From IMG/VR virus record IMGVR_UViG_3300028591_000092, positions 107,662 through 171,661 of that record: a DNA stretch of 64,000 nucleotides. One strand, written 5' to 3'. Below, in pieces: positions 54,915 through 63,325 of the stretch (position 1 is its first letter; each line of letters begins with the position of its first letter). Below the pieces are notes generated by a model, which saw nothing but the letters and a program-made list of their open reading frames with translations, was not told where the DNA came from and made no database searches. Position numbers and translations under genes: made by a program. This stretch comes from a virus (taxonomy: Duplodnaviria > Heunggongvirae > Uroviricota > Caudoviricetes).

Positions 54915-55414
54915 AAATGTCTTAAATGAGACATAGGGTAATCCAGGACAAAGCCCCCCTTGTAACTAGCCTGGTAGTTTATTTTGGTAACTGTATTATT
55001 TGATTTGAGATCGTTTTAAAATTAAACTATTACGTATCGTGAAACCAAAAAGCGTGTGTAAGAAATAATCAGAAGGAAATGATAAGAAATACGGTTATGC
55101 TATTGAATTATTTTAGTAATTGCAATAGTTGTAGCTGGGAATCGACAGATAGGTTCCCTGGCCAATAAAACAAAAGTTTGTTAAAGAAAATTAAAAGTTA
55201 ATGGTGGTTTAATAATCTTTTTGTGAGCCAAACTTTTGTAAGAGGGGAGAATGCCTCAATAAGCGATTAAGTGTACAATTAATTGCTTCAAATCCATTAC
55301 TTTATTAAAATAATTTACGAAATATTTCAACCAACTGATAGGAAATCAGCCAACGAAATATTAGTATAGGTCAAAATTATTTTATTAAAGTCTTTCTTTT
55401 CTTTTTTGTTTAAA

Positions 55415-55690
55415 TATATATTATCTGCCGCGATGACCCCGGATAGGCGAGCGATGATAATATATCTTCTTAATAGGATGTTAACAAACAATCGGTTCCA
55501 AGTCCGGATAGCCTGACAAAGCAGGTGAGTCGAAAGCCCGATAGCCTCGGATCGGTGTTAGAGAGTCCGTAAAAGGCCACATCTTTAAGAAGGGATTTAC
55601 TACTGAACGCTGGGAGCTAGCCGAGGATAGTTAGTGACTATCAAGGTATGGTGGGTTCGAACCCCACAGTAGTAACTGATTTCATTAATT
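55415..55690 (+). ncRNA. GC-rich structured non-coding segment ending in a tRNA-like module (55597..55690: acceptor TACTACT/AGTAGTA, arm GATAG-TTAGTGA-CTATC, T-arm GTGGG-TTCGAAC-CCCAC)
   Basis: No ORF. Multiple GC helices (CCCCGGATAGGCGAGCG, AAGTCCGGATAGCC, GCCCGATAGCCTCGG). Confidence 0.35.
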
Positions 55691-55752
55691 AATTCTTATA
55701 GTTGACATAAGGTTTTTTAATGCTTTCTCAATTGAATTTATTATGTTAGAGG

Positions 55753-56055
55753 GTGGAGGGTGGTAATTTTATGAATTATTATACAATAGCAGAACATATA
55801 ATTGACAATTTTCTTTTATGTTATTTTGGCATACAAGATTATTCAAGGGCAAAAGATATCTTTGTGTATTGTGGTACGTTGGCTCGTAGTTTTGATTGGG
55901 GTGATACACCTGAAGGCTTTCGTTTTTGGAGCACACTTGATCATAAACAAAACTATATTTTTGAGAGGCCAATTATTTATAAAAACTTTTTATTAAACTA
56001 TTATTTTCATAGAAATATTATAGATCTTTCTATATATAATGAAAAAACAAATTAA
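55753..56055 (+). CDS. small family protein (paralog of 58170..58451; shared W(G/D).T.EGF.FW and C-terminal IIDLS.YN)
   Basis: ORF track. Confidence 0.5.
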   Translation: MEGGNFMNYYTIAEHIIDNFLLCYFGIQDYSRAKDIFVYCGTLARSFDWGDTPEGFRFWSTLDHKQNYIFERPIIYKNFLLNYYFHRNIIDLSIYNEKTN

Positions 56056-56874
56056 ATTTGTGGAAGAGACGAAGAATAGTAATCCTTCTGCATCCATAAC
56101 TCGTATCAATGAAGATACGTTTTGTGTAGTTAACTTTATGCTTCCTGGTGCTTTTGCTAAAAGAAATTCCAATGCAAACACTAAAGAGGAAATCAAAAAA
56201 ATGAAAATGTCTCCTATCTTGGATGAAAACAAGAAAGGGCGTTTTATTTGTCCTACTTATGGTGCTCCTGGAAGAAAGCTTCAACCTGGCGAGCCTCTGC
56301 CGAAACATTTTTATGTTGGTCCAAAACATTATAATCCGGCCACATATCACACTTGTGCTTTGCGTAGAGTGTATCATTCTGAAGCTTTGCAAGCACTAAG
56401 TTCTGATGAAGCAAGGCCTTACGGCTATACTAAAAAACAATGGGATACGATGGGTGTGTATAATCGTCTTTCTGCTCAATTTAAGATTGATGCAGAAGAA
56501 TTGTTCCCAGGTAATCCAAGTGTTACTTTTGAATTTGTGAACTAATGAAACATGTTATTTCAGCAACGTTGATACCGACAAATGGCATCAATGTCAAATT
56601 ATCCAAAGATCTTTTTTTAGAGAATTTCATTGACACTTCTGAAGATATCTTAGACAGATTTCCTGTAGGAAGCGCTGTTGAAATAATCTACGATCATTTC
56701 TTTTATGATGACAAGGGTGCTCTTCAAATGAAACATTGTAGATGTATTATAAAACAGTCTAAAAGAGGCGTTTTTAATAGGTCCATTGAAAATGTTCAAG
56801 TTGAAAAAAATATTAGATCTTGTTTATATACTTATAATCAAAAAAGAAAATTTCTAAAGAATAAGCTCTCTTAG
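56039..56874 (+). other. two hypothetical genes (56039..56545, 56545..56874)
   Basis: ORF track. Confidence 0.5.
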
Positions 56875-56899
56875 AGGGCTTATTTTATTTGGGCCGTAG

Positions 56900-57214
56900 A
56901 GGAATTGATTCACATGTTAGCTATTATAAGACAGCAGAGTGATGACTTAATCATCAAAACAAAAATAAATGGCAGATCTTATTCTACCTATAGAATGGCT
57001 GCGTAAGCCATTTCTCTGGTTGTTGAGTAACCAAGGAACATAATACTCATAGTTGGTTTCTTTGTTTAGTAAAACAAAGTGGTGGAGGTAGCGAGTCGAA
57101 TAGACCAGTTACCCCGTGATAAGCAACACGTAAAAAAGCAAGCTGTATAGTTCTTATAAAAAGCGGTGGAGAAGACTGGAGTTCGAATCTCCAACGGTCC
57201 ACAATTAATTGAAA
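56900..57214 (+). ncRNA. possible ~315-nt tRNA-like or intron-containing RNA. 5' GGGCCGT pairs with 3' ACGGTCC flanking T-arm TGGAG-TTCGAAT-CTCCA.
   Basis: Seen in sequence; internal structure unresolved. Confidence 0.3.
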
Positions 57215-57227
57215 ATCAAATAGTTAT

Positions 57228-57659
57228 ATGATCACATATCAAGAATTAACATTATGTTATGTTCCTTCTACTGCAAAATTAGCATATAGTATATTTAAAC
57301 CCACAAAAGAAGTGGATTTTAATAAAGTTATTGCTGATTTTGAAAAATCAAATACAAAGTGTTTTATAGCACTTGATAATGAAAAAGTAGTTGGATTAAT
57401 AACACTAAATATTTTTAAACCATTATTTACTGATTTTCCTAAGGCTCATATTTCTTGGATTGCTGTAGATGAAGCGTACAGGCAAAAAGGAATAGCAAAA
57501 ATTCTTATGCAAATGGCAGAAGAATTTTGTAAGCATAAGAAATGTAAATATATGGATTTATCTTCAAGAAATGTTCCAGAAAGAATGGCTGCACATGCCT
57601 TATATGATTCTTTTGGATTTAAAAGTGATACACAGAAATATTTTATTAAACATTTTTAA
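57228..57659 (+). CDS. GNAT family N-acetyltransferase
   Basis: Motif A-like WIAVDEAYRQKGIAKILM. Confidence 0.7.
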   Translation: MITYQELTLCYVPSTAKLAYSIFKPTKEVDFNKVIADFEKSNTKCFIALDNEKVVGLITLNIFKPLFTDFPKAHISWIAVDEAYRQKGIAKILMQMAEEFCKHKKCKYMDLSSRNVPERMAAHALYDSFGFKSDTQKYFIKHF

Positions 57660-57662
57660 GTT

Positions 57663-57986
57663 ATGGAAAAAGATTACACTGTAATTTTTCATCTAGGAGA
57701 AAAACGTGGTACTACTGTAGCTGTTCTTACTTCTAATGAATCTGGAGTAACGTATCGTGGTATTGCTCATTGCAATCCTTCTGATACATATAATCAAGAA
57801 GTAGGAGCTCGTATTGCTGAAGCCCGTGCTCGTAAGAAGTTTTTTAAAGCTGAAGCAAATGAAGCTAAACTCCAAGTTGAAATAGCAAAACGTCTTCTCG
57901 CAGTTGCCGAGCGTACTGCTCAAAAGAAAGTTAATCGTTTTGAACGAGAAAGCAACTGGTTGGATAAATATGTAAAAACTATTTAA
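57663..57986 (+). CDS. hypothetical protein
   Basis: ORF track. Confidence 0.5.
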   Translation: MEKDYTVIFHLGEKRGTTVAVLTSNESGVTYRGIAHCNPSDTYNQEVGARIAEARARKKFFKAEANEAKLQVEIAKRLLAVAERTAQKKVNRFERESNWLDKYVKTI

Positions 57987-57998
57987 CCTAGAATGGTT

Positions 57999-58073
57999 GG
58001 GTCTATCGTCTAGTGGTTTAGGACGTTTCTCTTACAAGGAAAAGATTCGGTGGTTCGAATCCACCTTGACCCA
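57999..58073 (+). tRNA. tRNA-Val(TAC)
   Basis: Acceptor GGGTCTA/TTGACCC, D-arm GTCT-AGTGGTTTA-GGAC, anticodon arm TTTCT-CTTACAA-GGAAA, T-arm GGTGG-TTCGAAT-CCACC. Confidence 0.7.
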
Positions 58074-58079
58074 CAAAAA

Positions 58080-58153
58080 GGGCTTGCAGCTCTAATTAGT
58101 AGAGCCCTATATTTGCAATGTAGTCGTTGCGCGTTCGAATCGAGTCAGGTTCA
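58080..58153 (+). tRNA. tRNA-Ala(TGC) (acceptor carries three G-U pairs)
   Basis: D-arm GCTC-TAATTAGTA-GAGC, anticodon arm CTATA-TTTGCAA-TGTAG, T-loop TTCGAAT. Confidence 0.5.
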
Positions 58154-58169
58154 CTAAATTATATAATGT

Positions 58170-58451
58170 ATGATAAAAAGTAATGAACAATTAGCAAGAC
58201 GTATAATATATTATTTTTTAAAAGCAAATCCTTCAAAAAAACCAATTGATTACCTTAAAGATAATTATGAATTATATTATGCACGTACTTTTTATTGGGG
58301 TTATACTGATGAAGGATTTGATTTCTGGCAAGCTATATATGAAATAAAATTTAAAAGATCAGAAAAACGTGTTAGAGAATTTTTAAAAAAATATTTTTTT
58401 AATAAAGAATATCATCCTAATATAATAAATTTAAATTATGTCGAAGACTAA
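58170..58451 (+). CDS. small family protein (ends IINLNYVED)
   Basis: ORF track. Confidence 0.5.
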   Translation: MIKSNEQLARRIIYYFLKANPSKKPIDYLKDNYELYYARTFYWGYTDEGFDFWQAIYEIKFKRSEKRVREFLKKYFFNKEYHPNIINLNYVED

Positions 58452-58576
58452 TAAAAAGAAATCTTCTTTTTCAGAAAGTGATAAAAAATTAAATTTTTGT
58501 GGTTCTAAAAATAGACACAATAAAATAGACATCAATAATGAATTAGATAATTTTTTATCAGAAGATTATTAATATA

Positions 58577-58664
58577 GGAAGTTTGGCAGAGTTGATCTAT
58601 TGCACTGGACTTGAAATCAAGCGGGCTGTAAAATGTTCCGGAGATTTGAATCATTCAGCTTCCA
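58577..58664 (+). tRNA. tRNA-Ser(TGA), class II
   Basis: Acceptor GGAAGTT/AGCTTCC, loop CTTGAAA, long variable arm; overall resembles canonical tRNA-Ser(UGA). Confidence 0.6.
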
Positions 58665-58666
58665 CC

Positions 58667-58749
58667 GGAGAATTACCAAAGTTGGTGAATGTGGCACACT
58701 GCTAACGTGCTATGTTAGAAATGGCGCAAAGGTTCGAGTCCTTTATTCT
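58667..58749 (+). tRNA. tRNA-Ser(GCT), class II, abutting the previous tRNA
   Basis: Acceptor GGAGAAT/ATTCTTC, anticodon arm GCACA-CTGCTAA-CGTGC, T-arm AAAGG-TTCGAGT-CCTTT. Confidence 0.55.
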
Positions 58750-58789
58750 TCGCAACATTATTCTAGGCCTGAATATGACTAATAGGAAA

Positions 58790-58866
58790 GACTATTCGTT
58801 CGTAGAACAATGGAAGTTCACCAGAATTTAATAGTCTGGAGATTGTGGTTCGAATCCACACGAATG
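58790..58866 (+). ncRNA. tRNA-like element with stem CCAGA/TCTGG closing a 9-nt loop ATTTAATAG; T-arm TGTGG-TTCGAAT-CCACA
   Basis: Seen in sequence; D-arm not resolvable. Confidence 0.3.
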
Positions 58867-59122
58867 TCAACTTGTTACTTGAGTTGGTCACTAGGAGAGT
58901 AACAGCCCTTGGACAAAGACCAATGTCACGAAGGGAGTGGTGAGAGAGGAATACATAACACCCTGAAAGATGCGGTTTCTCCAAACAGGTACCAAAAGTG
59001 GACACGATGCCCTCCTTAAAGCCTGTTTTATTATACCTTCAAGTTTTGCACTCTAATGTGTGCTATAATGGCATGTCTGTATGATCGGTGATACTTTGTA
59101 TTAGAAACCTTTGAAGGTTTAT

Positions 59123-59196
59123 GGTGTTTGTGGCCGAGTGGTTTAGGCGCAAGATTGTGGTTCTTGTTTACGCAGGTTCGACTCCTGTCAAATACC
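59123..59196 (+). tRNA. tRNA-His(GTG) with G-1/C73
   Basis: G-1 plus GTGTTTG/CAAATAC acceptor, anticodon arm CAAGA-TTGTGGT-TCTTG, T-arm GCAGG-TTCGACT-CCTGT, C73. Confidence 0.6.
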
Positions 59197-59201
59197 CTTA
59201 A

Positions 59202-59274
59202 GACACGTTAGTTCAGTAGGTTAAAATGTTAGCCTGTCACGCTAATGTCACGGGTTCGAATCCCGTACGTGTCG
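59202..59274 (+). tRNA. tRNA-Asp(GTC)
   Basis: Acceptor GACACGT/ACGTGTC, anticodon arm TTAGC-CTGTCAC-GCTAA, T-arm ACGGG-TTCGAAT-CCCGT. Confidence 0.7.
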
Positions 59275-59280
59275 CAATAT

Positions 59281-59357
59281 ATGACCGAGATAGCTCAGTC
59301 GGTTAGAACTGCATCTTACAAATGTTCTTGTTAAGAGTTCTAATCTCTTTTGTCATT
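59281..59357 (+). tRNA. degenerate tRNA-like (possible Val-TAC-like): D-arm GCTC-AGTCGGTTA-GAAC, loop CTTACAA, T-arm AAGAG-TTCTAAT-CTCTT
   Basis: Imperfect acceptor and anticodon stems. Confidence 0.3.
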
Positions 59358-59440
59358 CAAAAACACAGAGTAAGGTGACTGATAGAACAGTCCCTGTAAG
59401 TTCTTGTGATTCGCAACAAGTTTATAAATGTTCTGCAATC

Positions 59441-59512
59441 ACTCCGCTAGTTCAATGGATAGAACAGATGGTTACGGACCATCTAATCAGCGTTCGAATC
59501 GTTGGTGAAGTA
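59441..59512 (+). tRNA. tRNA-Arg(ACG)
   Basis: Acceptor ACTCCGC/GTGAAGT (6/7), D-arm GTTC-AATGGATA-GAAC, anticodon arm GATGG-TTACGGA-CCATC, T-arm CAGCG-TTCGAAT-CGTTG. Confidence 0.55.
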
Positions 59513-59528
59513 CTGTAAATTTAATACA

Positions 59529-59885
59529 ATGAATGATTTTCATACTTTAGTCCACACACAAGATTGGAAAGATTATAAATCTCATTATATTTTTGAGATA
59601 AATGGTCATGGAATGATTCGTATTACTCAATATAATAATGAATTTGAACTTTCAGATTTATTTGTAACAGATGGGTATCGTCAACATGGGATGGGAACCT
59701 ATCTATTAAATATTGCAATAGAATATTGCAAAGAGTTAGCAGATCATGGAAGAATTCTAATTTCTACTAATGATCATTCAGAAGAATTTGCTGAAGAATG
59801 GTATAAGAAAATTGGATTTGTATTTGACCATGTTGAAACTCCTATTTGTTATCCTTTTGAAGAAACTGGAGAAATAGAATTTTGA
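59529..59885 (+). CDS. GNAT family N-acetyltransferase (ORF 59502..59885; start probably at MNDFHTL downstream of the tRNA)
   Basis: YRQHGMGTYLLNIAIEY motif A-like. Confidence 0.6.
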   Translation: MNDFHTLVHTQDWKDYKSHYIFEINGHGMIRITQYNNEFELSDLFVTDGYRQHGMGTYLLNIAIEYCKELADHGRILISTNDHSEEFAEEWYKKIGFVFDHVETPICYPFEETGEIEF

Positions 59886-59896
59886 AAAACAAGATA

Positions 59897-59919
59897 TAGT
59901 AGTTAAAGAGATACTTCGG
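59897..59919 (+). promoter_or_regulatory. copy g of the 23-nt motif
   Basis: tagtagttaaagagatacttcgg. Confidence 0.35.
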
Positions 59920-59967
59920 TTATGTGGAAATAATAAAAAAGCTCTCTTTATTGGTTCTTACCTTTAT

Positions 59968-60039
59968 TGCCTCTTGGTATAACGATTATTACGTCTGGTT
60001 TTGGTCCAGAAGATAGAGGTTTAACTCCTCTAGAGTCAA
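59968..60039 (+). tRNA. tRNA-Gln(TTG)-like, third copy with the same loop TTTTGGT
   Basis: Acceptor TGCCTCT/AGAGTCA (6/7), anticodon arm TCTGG-TTTTGGT-CCAGA, T-arm AGAGG-TTTAACT-CCTCT. Confidence 0.4.
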
Positions 60040-60045
60040 CAATTT

Positions 60046-60117
60046 GTGGGTATAGCTCAGTGATAGAGCGAATGACTTCCACTCATTAGGTCGCGAGTTT
60101 GATCCTCGTTGCACGCT
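60046..60117 (+). tRNA. tRNA-Gly(TCC)
   Basis: D-arm GCTC-AGTGATA-GAGC, anticodon arm AATGA-CTTCCAC-TCATT, T-arm GCGAG-TTTGATC-CTCGT. Confidence 0.6.
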
Positions 60118-60153
60118 CTAAAAAATTAATTAGTTATGTAGAAATTAAAGAAA

Positions 60154-60642
60154 ATGTTATTTATTTTATTAGTATTGTTGTCAATAAATATTTACGCCGA
60201 CAATAAAGACCAAAAACCTTATCAAATTGGATATACTACAAAGTATTTACAAGGAAAATATAATTCAGATTATTATATAGAGAATCTTGAACAACCTAAT
60301 ATTTATTATGTTGGATCAATAAAAAGTCCACAAAGACCATTTAGTGGCAACTGGTTAGATGATTTAGAAGACTGGACTAGAATGAATGGAATACTGGGTC
60401 TTGGTTATGATGAGAATTGGCCTAGTTATGTAGATGAAGATTATTGGTTACAGTTTTTATCAGAATATTCAGAATATGAAAATGAAGCTGAGAAATACTT
60501 TGTAGATAGAGGGCAAGCTCCCCCATGGAAAGTTCCTATAGGAAATTCTACAGTATTAATAATATTTACATTGCTCGTCTTTATAAAAAAATTATATATA
60601 CGATTTGTACGACGGTCTAAAAAATATAGTAGTATGGTTTAA
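60154..60642 (+). CDS. secreted/membrane-anchored protein (signal peptide, C-terminal TM)
   Basis: ORF track. Confidence 0.5.
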   Translation: MLFILLVLLSINIYADNKDQKPYQIGYTTKYLQGKYNSDYYIENLEQPNIYYVGSIKSPQRPFSGNWLDDLEDWTRMNGILGLGYDENWPSYVDEDYWLQFLSEYSEYENEAEKYFVDRGQAPPWKVPIGNSTVLIIFTLLVFIKKLYIRFVRRSKKYSSMV

Positions 60643-60780
60643 CTCTCGCTCGTTCCACTTAAATATTATTGTTATGGATAATTATAAAGTAGAAGGAAAT
60701 ATGTTATTTCAGGATAATAAAACTATGTTAACTTGGAGATCCTTTCTATCATTTTAAAGGCAAATAAAAATTTAATATAA

Positions 60781-60857
60781 TGCAGTAGTCGCCTAGTCTG
60801 CTTATGACACCACATTTCCAATGTGGAATAACGTGAGTTGGAATCCCATTTACTGCA
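60781..60857 (+). tRNA. tRNA-like (possible Gly-TCC): anticodon arm CCACA-TTTCCAA-TGTGG, T-loop TTGGAAT, acceptor TGCAGTA/TACTGCA
   Basis: D-arm unresolved. Confidence 0.35.
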
Positions 60858-60858
60858 C

Positions 60859-60931
60859 GGGGATATGGCGTAATGGTTAGCGCAATTGACTGTTAATCAA
60901 TGGGTTACAAGTTCGAGTCTTGTTATCCCCG
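60859..60931 (+). tRNA. tRNA-Asn(GTT)
   Basis: Acceptor GGGGATA/TATCCCC, anticodon arm ATTGA-CTGTTAA-TCAAT, T-arm ACAAG-TTCGAGT-CTTGT. Confidence 0.7.
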
Positions 60932-60986
60932 CTAAACACTTTGTGTTTATTTAAGATATATTTTAAACTTTTTAATTTTTGACATT

Positions 60987-61220
60987 ATGATTTCAGCAAG
61001 TCAAGCACAAGAGTTAACTGGCTATCAGAAAGCCATTGAGTACATTAACAAGAACATTAAGAAAGCTGCTTCTAATGGTGAGAGTACGTATACGTACACC
61101 ACTGACATGAAGACCAAAGCTAGTGCAATTGTTAAAGCACTTAAAGAGTTGGGATTTAGCGTACGTTTTGTACACACTCCTAAAGCTCAACGTGAGCACA
61201 AGGTTGTTGTAAATTGGTAA
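60987..61220 (+). CDS. hypothetical protein, followed by terminator AGCCGGGTAATCCCGGCTTTT (61249-61269)
   Basis: ORF track. Confidence 0.5.
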   Translation: MISASQAQELTGYQKAIEYINKNIKKAASNGESTYTYTTDMKTKASAIVKALKELGFSVRFVHTPKAQREHKVVVNW

Positions 61221-61269
61221 TTTATAACAATAATTAAAGCATTTTGACAGCCGGGTAATCCCGGCTTTT

Positions 61270-61343
61270 AGGGTAGTGGCCAAGTCCGGTAAGGCGCTAC
61301 ATTTGGGATGTAGAGATCGCAAGTTCGAATCTTGTCTACCCTA
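61270..61343 (+). tRNA. tRNA-Pro(TGG)
   Basis: Acceptor AGGGTAG/CTACCCT, anticodon arm CTACA-TTTGGGA-TGTAG, T-arm GCAAG-TTCGAAT-CTTGT. Confidence 0.7.
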
Positions 61344-61358
61344 CTAAAATTTAATATT

Positions 61359-61956
61359 ATGTATTTTGAAGGAGATATTGTTAGAATTAAAGAATTTGAT
61401 AGAAGAGAATGGGGGGCATATCCTTGTACAGTATGTGGTTATATGGCTACACTTTCTGGTAAATGTTTTACAATAAGATATGTTCGCAAAAGACGCTTTG
61501 AAAATAAAGAACATTATGATCGTGTTGTAAAATTGCTTAAAACAACTTATAAATATTTTAATGGCGATACTCATTGGTATCTTTTAAAAGGTATTGGAGG
61601 GTATAATTGGTCTTCTTCTATGTTTGAATTAGTAAAAAGAACTAATTTTATAGATTTAAATTATGTACAAGATTGGAGATAAAGTTCATATAAGAAAAGA
61701 TATTGATATTTATAATGGCTGGAGATATCCTGGAGGTTTTGTTCGTTCTATGATTCCTTTTATTGGAAAAGTACTCACAATATGTAAAATTGAACGAATG
61801 TGCCCACAGGATGCATCTTCTGAATATTATTATTATAATGGTGATCCTCATTTTTATTTTTTAGAAGAAGATCTTCAAAGGCATTATTGGTCTTCTTCTA
61901 TGTTTGAGCCTGTTTATAATAATATTTTCGATTTAGAAGTATATAAAAATAATTGA
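61359..61956 (+). other. two paralogous small family genes (61359..61682 and 61663..61956; shared WSSSMFE.V and C-terminal (I/F)(I/F)DL..Y)
   Basis: ORF track. Confidence 0.5.
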
Positions 61957-61974
61957 CCTGTATTTTTGGACATG

Positions 61975-62055
61975 GTTTATTCCGTAAGTGGTAGCGGGGT
62001 TGATTATAAATCAACTGCTTTCGAGCTCGTGGTGTTCGACTCACTCAACTTCCAC
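61975..62055 (+). repeat. tRNA-arm-containing element homologous to 23540..23610 (CGTGG.GTTC.ACTCA....TTCCACTAAA)
   Basis: Sequence similarity seen by eye; no clean tRNA fold. Confidence 0.3.
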
Positions 62056-62062
62056 TAAATTA

Positions 62063-62137
62063 AACTCCTGTAGCTCAGTTGGTTAGTAGCGTCACACTCA
62101 TAATGTGAGGGTCGGGGATTCAAGTTCCTCCAGGAGT
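62063..62137 (+). tRNA. tRNA-Met/Ile2(CAT)
   Basis: Acceptor ACTCCTG/CAGGAGT, anticodon arm TCACA-CTCATAA-TGTGA. Confidence 0.7.
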
Positions 62138-62138
62138 A

Positions 62139-62213
62139 CTGTCCAGTATATCAGTTGGTTAGATTGTCATCCTGATAAGATGGAGGTCGTTGGTTCAAGT
62201 CCAACCTGGACAA
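62139..62213 (+). tRNA. tRNA-Ile(GAT)
   Basis: Acceptor TGTCCAG/CTGGACA, anticodon arm TCATC-CTGATAA-GATGG, T-arm GTTGG-TTCAAGT-CCAAC. Confidence 0.7.
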
Positions 62214-62229
62214 CAAAATTTTAGAAATT

Positions 62230-62827
62230 ATGAAATTTAATATAGGAGATAAAGTTCTGGTAAATCCAAATAAATATTTTGAATATTTCTCATGGGCTTT
62301 TACAACAAAAGAATCTTGTAATAGTTTTTATGAGAATGTTATAAATATTTATGAATATTTTATTATACTTTCTTGTACTCCTTATGCAGTATTTTGTCAG
62401 GGTATATATAAATGTAAATATTCAAAAGCATTTTATCTTAGATCAGATAAATATGTATGGCCAAAAGAAGTATTAGATTCTTATTTTCAAAATATTATTA
62501 ATTTATCAGATTATGAATTTTGAAGAACTTAAAAAAGGTGATAAAGTTAGTATTGATTTAAGTGCAGTTAAAAAGGAATTTGATTTTAAAGAAACTCAGT
62601 TTAAAAATTTTAACAATTTCTATGAAAAAAGAGTAATTCCTTATAAATATTTTATTGTTGAAAAACGATATAATAATGGCACAATTTGTGGTAGAGGGAT
62701 TTTAAAACTAGAATATGAAAAACTTGGTTATAAAATATTATTTAAAATTCCTATATCTATTATTAAAGTATATAATCCTTGTATAATTAATTTATATGAC
62801 CATATTTATAGTAAGTATTCAGTATAA
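62230..62827 (+). other. two small family genes (62230..62523, 62513..62827) with C-terminal IINL motifs
   Basis: ORF track. Confidence 0.5.
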
Positions 62828-62946
62828 GTTTAGAGAATATAGCTGCCTTATCTCCTATGATAAAGAAATAATTTAAATTTACTCGTCATGGAAATGAGAA
62901 TAAATAAAAAATTTAGCGTTTAGTTTATATTGGATAAAATAGTTAT

Positions 62947-63192
62947 TTGACCTATAAAAGAATTGGGTTCAAATCCCAAAACGTTACTATGATTACAAAA
63001 ATATTAAATAATTCAAATAATAAATGGTTAGATATAACAGAACCTCCTTGTGGAGAGGTTATTCTGTTATTTGCAGATGGATTTATTGCAAGAGGAATAT
63101 ATAATTTTCAAGAAGAATATTGGTATTATTATGATTCTTTTATGAATTTACAAAAATCTTGTGATCATCCTAAATTTTATATTAGTTTATGA
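62947..63192 (+). CDS. small hypothetical protein (N-terminus overlaps a degenerate tRNA-like 3' end; real start may be the internal MITKIL)
   Basis: ORF track; TTGGG-TTCAAAT-CCCAA hairpin at ~62962-62980. Confidence 0.35.
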   Translation: MTYKRIGFKSQNVTMITKILNNSNNKWLDITEPPCGEVILLFADGFIARGIYNFQEEYWYYYDSFMNLQKSCDHPKFYISL

Positions 63193-63325
63193 AATATTTT
63201 ATATTAATACTTTCTTTATTTTTAATAAGTTGTGATGGTTATAAAGGACTTCACAGAGAAAATTATGGTAGAAGTAATTTAACTAAAATGGAACAAAATA
63301 AAGAAATTCAAAATCATTATGTAAG

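Noticed and set aside
55415-57214. tmRNA
   Set aside because: Both candidates have tRNA-like 3' modules but lack a recognisable 5' GGGG acceptor partner with a resume codon and tag-peptide reading frame. Left as unresolved structured RNAs.
58790-58866. Ochre suppressor (UUA anticodon) in the 9-nt-loop element
   Set aside because: The loop register is ambiguous and the D-arm and acceptor are poorly formed. There is not enough evidence to call a second suppressor.
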